From NCBI GenBank assembly GCA_041736305.1, contig JBGSTX010000171.1, positions 1-35,530 of the forward strand: a stretch of 35,530 nt of DNA, written 5' to 3'. Made by a program: the position numbers and the translations under genes. Within the stretch, counting starts at the first letter, position 1, and each line of letters begins with the position of its first letter. Shown one piece after another: positions 27,780 to 35,530 of the stretch. Origin of the DNA: Oligoflexus sp. (GTDB taxonomy: Bacteria > Bdellovibrionota_B > Oligoflexia > Oligoflexales > Oligoflexaceae). A model generated the notes under the pieces. The model saw only the letters and a list, made by a program, of their open reading frames with translations. It did no database searches and was not told the DNA's origin.

Positions 27780-28754
27780 ATGCGTTTGATTTATGTTTTA
27801 GTCCTTAGCACGGTTGCCGGAATCTCTTGTCAAAAAAGCAGTGGAGAAAAAAGCTCGTTTCAATCTACAAAATTATCTGTAGGCGTTGAGGAGTTGAATT
27901 CCTCCTTAAGCCTCAATGCAGAGAGCCAAGCAGCGCCTCCTTTTGTCACTAAAGCTGATCTCTGGTGTAACAACAAATTTGTGTCGAGTCTAGAATTCGG
28001 TCCCGAGCAACAGTCGGTCGAACTCTACTCTTCCCTTGAGAACTGTGAACTTCGATTGATTGAATTCGTAAACGTCGTAGAATACACGATAGGCAATTTA
28101 TTCAGCGAAGGCATTTACGAATTCAACATAAAAGATCCTGGAACGTCAAGGTTTGCTGATAAGCGGCTCGTTCGATCTATTCAAGCTATCAGTGATGTCA
28201 GCGAAGAAAAATGCAAGGCAGCATGTGCGTTGAAAGAGATAAATGTAAAATTTCTTCATAGTATTCTGGAATTCAAGAACGAAATCTTGGTTGGTGACAT
28301 CAATGTTAACGAACTGAATGCTCTCATAGAAAAAGAAGATGCCCCCAGCTGCGAATCTTTGAGCGGCAGATTTATTGAAAGTGGAAGTTCCAACACACCA
28401 CCTTCCCTAGAAATAGTACTTAAAAACTGTACCAACACCATCGGGACAGGCGAGCTAGAATTTGGTTTTGGCCCCGTAACTCTCGATAAATTTGGTCAGC
28501 TGCCATCTCCCATCGATATCACAAATGTCATGGGTGCTATCGACAACTTTCCTATCATTCCAGCAAAAGATGGTAATAACTACACTATTCGCCTGAGCTT
28601 CGAACAACTCAAAGCCTTATTCGGTGAAATTCAAGTGAGCACGATAGAGATTCTGACCTTTGACTTTGCGGTTGCAATCCGCAACAAGCAAGGAATTTCA
28701 GGGCTCATCTATCTAATCGATAATCAGTGCAAAGCGAAAGTCTCAGGTCTCTAG
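27780..28754 (+). CDS. Hypothetical lipoprotein, Cys-rich
   Basis: Lipobox GISC and several further Cys. Start at 27762 or 27780. Confidence 0.8.
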   Translation: MRLIYVLVLSTVAGISCQKSSGEKSSFQSTKLSVGVEELNSSLSLNAESQAAPPFVTKADLWCNNKFVSSLEFGPEQQSVELYSSLENCELRLIEFVNVVEYTIGNLFSEGIYEFNIKDPGTSRFADKRLVRSIQAISDVSEEKCKAACALKEINVKFLHSILEFKNEILVGDINVNELNALIEKEDAPSCESLSGRFIESGSSNTPPSLEIVLKNCTNTIGTGELEFGFGPVTLDKFGQLPSPIDITNVMGAIDNFPIIPAKDGNNYTIRLSFEQLKALFGEIQVSTIEILTFDFAVAIRNKQGISGLIYLIDNQCKAKVSGL

Positions 28755-28765
28755 GAGTATCTGCA

Positions 28766-28786
28766 AGGGACCCATGACGGGTCCCT
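28766..28786 (+). terminator. Hairpin after the lipoprotein gene
   Basis: AGGGACCC-atgac-GGGTCCCT, 11 nt after the stop. Confidence 0.45.
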
Positions 28787-29011
28787 AAAGCCAGACTGAT
28801 CAGCCTACTGTTTTCTCACCCTAGAACCATTCTCAAGTTTCAAAAGCTAATGTATCTATAATTAATGGGCCGGGCGTGAGCCACAGTATAAGCTGGGTTG
28901 GATTCTCAAAAGAATCCTGCCGTGGAAGGTGGAATTGTCGGATCTTTTCAAGTTGCACTAAAAAAGCTTATACTCACATGCACTCTGATTGACATCAAAC
29001 ATGGATCCTTC

Positions 29012-30559
29012 ATGCCAATCATTATTCTATTGTCCATTTTTTTTTCTTTCTCAACGGCGTTCGCTTCCAATAAGGAGCCGCTAGCTCTAGTTCAAGATGT
29101 CCGAGGAGATGTCACTGTCCTTAGAAACCCACTGCGGCAGAAGTCTCTAGAGTTCGAGAAGCGTGTCAATTCAGGGGTGCATCTGGCTACAGCTTATCTA
29201 GGCTGGTTTTGGGAAACCTATCCTATCTATCATTTGTCTCAACTACAGTATGGTGATCTGATCAGGACCGGAGCAAAGTCCTCAGTTCAAATGAGAATCC
29301 AATCGAGGCATGAGATCACTCTATCTGAGAATTCGTACGTTCAGATTGTACCCAATTTCAATCAGCTACTGCTGAAGAAAGTCGCGGAGCCATCCGTCTA
29401 CATTATTGCAGGAACGATGCGAATCAAAGTGCGGGTGAGTTCTAGTCCTAATGAACTTACGGCTCGGTCGGCGTCCATGATAGCGAATATTAAGGGTGGG
29501 GACCTACTGTTTGCTGTAAAAGGCAAGATCAGCCAGGCAATAAGTATAGGTGGCGATATCCCCGTAAGGGTCTCAAAGGAAGATCAATCTCTGTACTCGC
29601 AATCTCTCGAACACTATAGAAGCCGAAACTTCCGAGAGCTGAGCAGGCTGACAGCCCTGAACCTTAGGCAGGCGGAAGTAATGTCTGCAGAGCTCTCACT
29701 GGGCAATAAAATCGAAGCATGGGAGCCTATTACTCAGGCAGATCAATCTAATCTTGCTCGCCTCTTGGGATTAGAGAAAACCAGGTTCTACTTGGAAGGA
29801 GCAGCGCGTTTTAAAGCGACCGCCGTTAGCGAAAGTGAATTGAATGACTTTTCTGACCTTTTGCCTGACTTCCAAAAAATCAAGGAAAAGATGACTTTTG
29901 CTAATATCACTGATGAGGAGATCGAGGAAGTCCTTAACTTCGACGCAGAGGCGCGAGGCGATGCAAGCAGTTGGGAAAAACAACATTCCTTAATCTCACA
30001 AGAGGGCCCTCGCTATAAGCCAATATCCATTCGTCTGGGGTACGCGGAAGTCAGAAATATATTTGAAGAGCGATACTTCTTCACAGGCAGATCTCTGGCA
30101 CTTGAACTAGAGTTCCGGCCCTGGACTCACTTGTACTCCTATCTCGCCATTTCCAGTGGTGCAGCAGATGCTGAAAAGATGGCTAACTTTCTTGGGCAAG
30201 GTGCACCGCAAAGTCTGAATTCATATTCTCATTTAGCACTGGGGTTGGGTGGACAGGTGATTTTGTGGAAGCAGCTTGCCTTGTCGATAGGAGTCGGTTT
30301 GATAAGCATTCAAAAAATGTCGATTCAGTATGAAGACCTGCCAAGCAATGTAAATCGAATCTACACTATAGCACTGGACCCCATTCCTATCATTGAAATT
30401 GGCGTTGCTACACATCTTGTGGAAGACTTGGAGCTCTTACTTCGTTATGGATCGGGATCGAGTTCCGCCCGAGTTGAAGCTAAAGATATCACTGATGCCT
30501 ATCAAGCTAAGAGTTCACTTTCTTATTGGACTATTGGTTTGGGCTGGAGAACTAGATAG
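29012..30559 (+). CDS. FecR-like domain fused to a C-terminal outer-membrane beta-barrel
   Basis: Signal peptide (..TAFA); VQDVRGDVTV...LQYGDLIRTGAKSSVQM...LSENS (FecR-like); amphipathic strands ending WTIGLGWRTR. Confidence 0.75.
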   Translation: MPIIILLSIFFSFSTAFASNKEPLALVQDVRGDVTVLRNPLRQKSLEFEKRVNSGVHLATAYLGWFWETYPIYHLSQLQYGDLIRTGAKSSVQMRIQSRHEITLSENSYVQIVPNFNQLLLKKVAEPSVYIIAGTMRIKVRVSSSPNELTARSASMIANIKGGDLLFAVKGKISQAISIGGDIPVRVSKEDQSLYSQSLEHYRSRNFRELSRLTALNLRQAEVMSAELSLGNKIEAWEPITQADQSNLARLLGLEKTRFYLEGAARFKATAVSESELNDFSDLLPDFQKIKEKMTFANITDEEIEEVLNFDAEARGDASSWEKQHSLISQEGPRYKPISIRLGYAEVRNIFEERYFFTGRSLALELEFRPWTHLYSYLAISSGAADAEKMANFLGQGAPQSLNSYSHLALGLGGQVILWKQLALSIGVGLISIQKMSIQYEDLPSNVNRIYTIALDPIPIIEIGVATHLVEDLELLLRYGSGSSSARVEAKDITDAYQAKSSLSYWTIGLGWRTR

Positions 30560-31057
30560 CATAATGTCACCTGGCTCTCTGGCCCGGGACCTCGCGATCG
30601 ATGGTCACTGCATGCCGATGCTCACGGCCGGGTCTGCACCGAGGCTCAAGGCTGGTGGACGTCGGCCGCCGTCCCCGACGCCAGCCAACTCGAGATTTTG
30701 CCTCGAGATAAGGAAGTACTGATGTGGTATTCACTTCGGGAAAGTATTGACAGTTGGTATAAACCTATAGTTAGCCAAGGATTTCGTGTCTTTGCCAGCG
30801 AGCACATTTAGGCCAAGGGGATCGGTTTCATCCTCCAATTTTGAAATAAATTTGTAAGTAGAGAAAATTTAAGAATTATAGGTAGAGAGTCAAACTTTTC
30901 GACACTTCGCCATTTCTTACACCATCATTACCCTTTCGCCTCAGCCGAAAGCTTGGGCCGCAGGGGAGCCCCTCCCGGCAGCTGCCTTCGGTAGTTTCGG
31001 TGTCTTGGCCACCCTAATTTGCTCCGCCCTTCCCTTAGCTAGGAAGATTCTTTCCTC

Positions 31058-31073
31058 TGGTACGATACCTGCT
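31058..31073 (+). promoter_or_regulatory. sigma54 -24/-12 promoter
   Basis: TGGTACGATACCTGCT (GG-N10-GC), 65-80 bp before the start. Confidence 0.65.
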
Positions 31074-31154
31074 AAGTATTCCCTCAGATAGAAAAGTACT
31101 TCGAAGTTGAGCTGAATAGCTGGTAAGTGTATCCAATGGATGGGGACTGTAGAG

Positions 31155-33086
31155 ATGAAAGCGGTATTGATTGCTATCTTCCTAGTTGTAGCTGCATGTA
31201 GGCCTGGAGATCCGCATTATGGTCAGCAAGCTGCCGACAATCTCGCTGCTGGCCAGAGCGAGGAGAGCTCCGATCTAAGTTCTTCTGAGGCAGTTTCGGA
31301 ATCCACTCCAGGGCTTGATGTCTCTTCGGTCGAAGGTCAAGCTGCTATCGCTAGCATAAATCAGCAGGCGCTACAGATCCTCCAGCGCGAATGCGCCTCT
31401 TGCCATAGCCCAGCCAATCCTCAAGGTAATTTCGGTTCTGTGACTCAAGTCGGTGAAATGGTGGCGAGTCAAAGATTTATCGTGCCTGGATCACCTGATC
31501 AGTCGACACTCATCACTCATCTAGCACCCCTAGGCAACATGCCCCCTGCAGGATCCTTGCCTCCAGAAGAAATCTCTCTTCTCAAGACTTGGATTGCTCA
31601 GATGCGCAAGCCTGAGATCAAACCCCTGTCCGAAACTGCTGTCGTCGCCCTCATACGCAAAGATCTGGAATCCAATGTCGCTGCTGCCGAGCGACCCACC
31701 ACGCGCTATTTCACGCTGCATGTCCCTAACAATCGTAAAGCCTCGGCCGAAGTGATGACGGCCATGCGCCTCGGATATAGCAAAATGATCAACAGCATCT
31801 CAAGGAATCCCGCGATCGTAAAGCCTATCGCTATCGACGAGCAGCAGCTCGTATATCGGCTCAATCTCAGTAGCATCAATATGCCCAATAATATCTTCGA
31901 TTCGGTCATCGCCGACTTCTATCCCTACTCTCAGAGCTTCGTCTCTCTTGAAGAAGATCAGTCGTCGCAGATCGTCGCAGCCAACCACGCCTTCAATCGG
32001 ACGGCACTCACGGTCGAACGTTATCTGATACGTATCGACTGGTTTCTGGCTTCGGCACCGCTGCCGACCCTCTACTCGCGCCTTTTGCGCCTGGGGATAG
32101 ATCAGAACTCTCTCGATGCGCAGCTGGGCGTCAACGTTTTCTCCAATATCATCAATAATCGAGTGATGCGCTCAGGCTTCAAAAACTCGAACGTCTCGAG
32201 TCAGAACCGTGTGATGGAGCGGCACACGCAGCGCAACGGTCGAAGCTATTGGATCAGTTATGATTTCGCGAGCAATGAAGGTTTGGCCAATATCTTCTCA
32301 GTACCCCTCGGACCTTTGGGTATCGGTCAGGATCAGCGCGCATTCGTGCACGACGGTGGTGAAATCATCTTTCAGTTGCCCAATGGACTCTTCGCCTACT
32401 ACCTCTCCGATGCAGCAGGTACTTCGATCGATAAAGGACCTCTGGCCATCGTCAAACAAAGCGATGCACCGGCCCAGTTTTTGAGCTCTATCGTCAATGG
32501 CGTCTCGTGCATGACTTGCCACAATCAGGGATTGATCTATAAGAAAGATGAGATGAGGGCATTCTTTACGGCGAATCCGAACAAGTTGGGAGCTCAGGAA
32601 ATGAATAAGCTCTTGGCCCTCTATCCTGAGGAAAATGCCTTCAAAGCACAGATGGAAAAGGATAACGAGATCTATACCAAAGCACTGCGGGAAGCGGGGC
32701 TCGATCCGGCCCGTCCAGATCCGATCATCAACGCCTATCGCTACTACAACCAGAACCTCACCAAAGAGGACGTAGGCGCCGAACTTGGGATCGACGAAGC
32801 GACCTTCACGAGAATGGTATCGCTTGAACCCTACCGAAGCCGCTGGCCCGGGTTAAGCCAAACTGGAGGCTTTATCAAACGCGACGAGCTCAATATCGTG
32901 TTACGTCGTGCGGCGGAGCAATTCAAACCCAACATCAACACCCTTGCTCACCGCCTCGGTGACATGATTTTCACTCCCGTATGCATGGCTGCTAACGCTC
33001 TTTTCACAGGCGATTGTTTGATTGAACTCGTTCGTCAGGAAGCCCTCGCTGATCAAGCCGCTGTCATAAATCCTCCGCCCCCTTGA
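31155..33086 (+). CDS. Diheme c-type cytochrome lipoprotein (planctomycete-type cytochrome c domain plus large domain)
   Basis: Lipobox VAAC; ILQRECASCH...IVPGSPDQS...NMPP...LKTWI; second CMTCH; HDGGEIIFQLPNG. Start at 31140 or 31155. Confidence 0.88.
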   Translation: MKAVLIAIFLVVAACRPGDPHYGQQAADNLAAGQSEESSDLSSSEAVSESTPGLDVSSVEGQAAIASINQQALQILQRECASCHSPANPQGNFGSVTQVGEMVASQRFIVPGSPDQSTLITHLAPLGNMPPAGSLPPEEISLLKTWIAQMRKPEIKPLSETAVVALIRKDLESNVAAAERPTTRYFTLHVPNNRKASAEVMTAMRLGYSKMINSISRNPAIVKPIAIDEQQLVYRLNLSSINMPNNIFDSVIADFYPYSQSFVSLEEDQSSQIVAANHAFNRTALTVERYLIRIDWFLASAPLPTLYSRLLRLGIDQNSLDAQLGVNVFSNIINNRVMRSGFKNSNVSSQNRVMERHTQRNGRSYWISYDFASNEGLANIFSVPLGPLGIGQDQRAFVHDGGEIIFQLPNGLFAYYLSDAAGTSIDKGPLAIVKQSDAPAQFLSSIVNGVSCMTCHNQGLIYKKDEMRAFFTANPNKLGAQEMNKLLALYPEENAFKAQMEKDNEIYTKALREAGLDPARPDPIINAYRYYNQNLTKEDVGAELGIDEATFTRMVSLEPYRSRWPGLSQTGGFIKRDELNIVLRRAAEQFKPNINTLAHRLGDMIFTPVCMAANALFTGDCLIELVRQEALADQAAVINPPPP

Positions 33087-33500
33087 ATCCTGCTGCTCGC
33101 AGAATAGAGGCGGCTTGGATCCTCGGACGGAGAGCTGAGGCTTATGGCTGCTGAGCTGCGGTTTCCGCTGAACGATCAGCTTCGCTGAGGCCCGGTCCGC
33201 AGGCCGGTGAAAGAAAGGCCAGCGCCAAGATCACGCCGGTTAAGAAGCCTCGGCGCGCTTCTCCATCCCGGAAAAAGTTCACTAGAGTGGATGAAGGGGC
33301 TAGATAGCTAGGGGGCATACTAGGGCCTTTCAGTAGTGAGTGCCGGGGTGTTGCAGACTCCAGGCACTACATGGTTCCTTCTTACAATACCGGTACCGGT
33401 CGGAAAGAGGCTCCACTCGAAGGCGATGAAAAAAAATCAGTGACGGAGGCTTAGCAGATTGCGGAGATCCGAAGCTGGCTTTCATTTTACAGCTTGCACG

Positions 33501-33522
33501 GCACGTAGGAATTTTAAACCCA
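33501..33522 (-). mobile_element. oriIS-like end / left inverted repeat
   Basis: Minus strand TGGGTTTAAAATTCCTACGTGC; 18/22 inverted match to 35329-35350. Confidence 0.6.
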
Positions 33523-33788
33523 GGATTTGGCCGTATCATGGGCGACTTCCAGAGCCTGCCTCAAGGCTAAAATAGCTCACATTGACATAAAGTCAGCTAG
33601 ACAGCTCGCAGGGCGATCACTTCGCGGCAGAGCTCTTTGCCTTCATATAAAGCGCCAGCAGCGACGCTGCTTTAAACTCCGGCAGCCTAAGACGAAAAGC
33701 TCGACTTCCCAGGAAAAACTGCGTATAGCTAGCGCGCAATGAGAGCAGTGCTTTGATCTGATAACTTTCACGGGACAAGGTTGTATTC

Positions 33789-34169
33789 ATGCGTGTAGTA
33801 GGCCTTAGGTTTTGGGCACTTATTCTGACGGTTGGGTGCGGTTCTCGAACGCTCCCAGCAAGCCAGATGCTAGAACAAACTCATGACTACTACGCGGGCC
33901 TCGAAGAGCTGCCGGCTGCAGCTAAAGCAAGTTACGATTTTAAGAAATTGCAAAAAGCTGAGCCGAAATATTTGAAACGCTTGAAGGAGCCTGTGACTAT
34001 TCGTCTGGATCCTCGAGTTATTGAGTATTTTAAGGCATTGGCTCTGAAAACGGATATTCCTTATCAGAGTCTCGTGAACTATGTGCTGCGTGATTACGCC
34101 TTACTTGGCTTGGAACCAAGTGCTAATTGGACTTCGGCAAAGCCAAAGACTAAACGCAAAGCAGTCTGA
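33789..34169 (+). CDS. BrnA-family antitoxin fused to a lipoprotein-signal fragment
   Basis: C-terminal KASYDFKKL...KEPVTIRLDPRVIEYFK...IPYQSLVNYVLRDY is BrnA-like. N-terminal FWALILTVGC is a lipobox. Confidence 0.75.
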   Translation: MRVVGLRFWALILTVGCGSRTLPASQMLEQTHDYYAGLEELPAAAKASYDFKKLQKAEPKYLKRLKEPVTIRLDPRVIEYFKALALKTDIPYQSLVNYVLRDYALLGLEPSANWTSAKPKTKRKAV

Positions 34170-34217
34170 GAGACTTGCCCATATCGGCGTCAGAGTGGCT
34201 GGACTTTTTCGGTCTGC

Positions 34218-35162
34218 CTACGCTGTATGAACAGGCACACCCGACCCCCGGTATCGCAGGAGCGCGTATGCGATCTTGCAGAAAAATGTAATGGCCAAAG
34301 GCAGAAGGTAGTAGACCAGGCGAAAGAGCAGAATGCTGACGACGAGCTGATGGGCGTTGGCGTAGGGACTCAGAAAGCGCAAGAGAAGGCCGTCGAGCAC
34401 TCCGAGTCCGCCAGGGACTTGACTTAAGAGGCCCAGCATCTGCGCGATGAGAAAATAGGCGAGGAAGTGATCGTAGCTGAGGGATATTCCCGCAGGCAGC
34501 AGCGTATAAAAAACTGCGGCGCAAACGCAGAGGTCAAGCGTCCCGAGAGCTACTTGTTCGAGACTCATACGCAAGCCAGGAATTTTGAGAGTCCATCGAC
34601 GAATGCTGATAATCTTTCCGCCCCAGGTCGCAGAGAGAGCAAAGTAAGCGGCGCTGAGGAGGGCTACGATTATGCCCCAGTTTCTCGGCGAAAGTCCGAA
34701 GGCATCGAGCTTCGGCGCAGGAGGGCCGAAGAGAAGGGCGACGGCGAGAAGAAAGGCAAAGCCCACCCAAAAGGTGAGAGTATTGAAGAGCCCAAGAGCA
34801 GCGACCTCCGAGAGAGACAGACCGGCCCTGGCATATCTCTGCAAGCGCACCGAGCTACCGGAAAGCAGGGAATGGCCGACGATATTGCTGATCGAAAAAG
34901 CCGCAAACGAAGTGAGGAAGATTTCCTTGAGAGGAAGCCTCTTACCCAGATGCCTCAGACTAAGAAAGTCGTAGCCGGCGAGCGCGACAAAGCTGCAGAA
35001 GGTGAGGGCAACAGCGACTTGGAGATCAGACCTGGGCCAGCTCTTAAGCTCGCGCCGAAAGTCGTCGAAGTTGACCTCTGCCAATTGACGATAGAGCAGA
35101 TAGATCGCTAGCATGAGGAAAAAATAGGGTAACAATTGCAGAAGATGCGTACGAGTCTTCAT
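34218..35162 (-). CDS. Stand-alone MprF/LPG-synthase transmembrane (flippase-like, UPF0104/YbhN) protein
   Basis: Multiple TM helices; ALAGYD, SNIVGHSLLSGSSVRLQRY, SQVPGGLGVLD, FRLVYYLLPL. No cytoplasmic synthase domain. GGAG RBS precedes ATG 35162. Confidence 0.88.
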   Translation of the reverse strand: MKTRTHLLQLLPYFFLMLAIYLLYRQLAEVNFDDFRRELKSWPRSDLQVAVALTFCSFVALAGYDFLSLRHLGKRLPLKEIFLTSFAAFSISNIVGHSLLSGSSVRLQRYARAGLSLSEVAALGLFNTLTFWVGFAFLLAVALLFGPPAPKLDAFGLSPRNWGIIVALLSAAYFALSATWGGKIISIRRWTLKIPGLRMSLEQVALGTLDLCVCAAVFYTLLPAGISLSYDHFLAYFLIAQMLGLLSQVPGGLGVLDGLLLRFLSPYANAHQLVVSILLFRLVYYLLPLAITFFCKIAYALLRYRGSGVPVHTA

Positions 35163-35328
35163 AAAGGGTCTCCGCAGGGCGATCGAGGGAACCACCATAT
35201 CCTTCTTGCAGAGGCGAACCTATAAAAAAAGCGAGTCTTCCGAAGGCAGAGGCAAGTATTTCAGAGTGCTGAAGCGCACAGGCCAAGCTAATTTAGCTGA
35301 AATAGCTGCAGATAGCTGAAAGCGGTGA

Positions 35329-35350
35329 TGTGTTTGGAATACCTACGTGC
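35329..35350 (+). mobile_element. oriIS-like end / right inverted repeat
   Basis: TGTGTTTGGAATACCTACGTGC; 35327-35346 is 16/20 identical to 1003-1022. Confidence 0.6.
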
Positions 35351-35450
35351 TTTCGCACGCGCTGTCCCGCTCGCTCACCGAAGGCTATTCGCTGGGCTAG
35401 CAAAGCCTGACTGGCAGCCTGCACACTCGCCAACTCTTCGTCTACACATC
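35351..35450 (-). pseudogene. IS91-family transposase fragment
   Basis: DEELASVQAASQALLAQRIAFGERAGQRVRK aligns with DELLSVEAASRASVGQTNAFGERRGQRVRR of the first element. Homology stops at the oriIS-like motif. Confidence 0.8.
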
Positions 35451-35530
35451 CCGCAGCTTGCGCATGCAAAGGCATGCCGTCAACGTCGGCCGATAAATCT
35501 TGAGCAAAGGTGATTCCGCCCTTGGCTCGA

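Noticed and set aside
30560-30722. GC-rich patch after the FecR-barrel gene
   Set aside because: No recognisable translation in any frame and no repeat structure; possibly a relic but unsupported.
33445-33500. Possible IS91 zinc-domain fragment (DCGDPKLAF)
   Set aside because: About nine residues with frameshifts around it; mentioned only as context, not called as a feature.
1-35530. CRISPR array, tRNA, rRNA or tandem repeat arrays
   Set aside because: No regularly spaced repeats or RNA-gene signatures were seen in the intergenic regions by eye.

Overview
A ~35.5 kb bacterial accessory region of roughly 50% GC. It is most likely from an Oligoflexia/Bdellovibrionota-type genome, inferred from a TIGR02147/DUF4423 regulator and many orphan lipoproteins. 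No rRNA, tRNA or CRISPR array was seen. Recognisable genes are a secreted serpin, a heme-oxygenase-like diiron (HDO) protein, Tat-exported PhoD, a signal-peptide-bearing KatG, LysR + lipoprotein + MBL hydrolase, two c-type cytochrome lipoproteins, a FecR/beta-barrel fusion, a stand-alone MprF-like flippase and two BrnA-like antitoxins. These are interspersed with decayed IS91 and IS3 fragments. The most notable observations are: (1) an exported lipoprotein with a phospho-His domain followed by a C-terminal ATP-grasp domain, i.e. glucan-water-dikinase-like order with an unknown substrate domain; (2) five sigma54 -24/-12 promoters, all in front of orphan lipoprotein genes, with a shared candidate enhancer palindrome; (3) four IS91 oriIS-like ends, two of which bracket a 1.85 kb cargo as inverted repeats; (4) a non-canonical DUF4160/BrnA pair, a signal-peptide-BrnA chimera and a KatG with a shortened large loop 2. 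All family calls are motif recognition by eye, not database searches.
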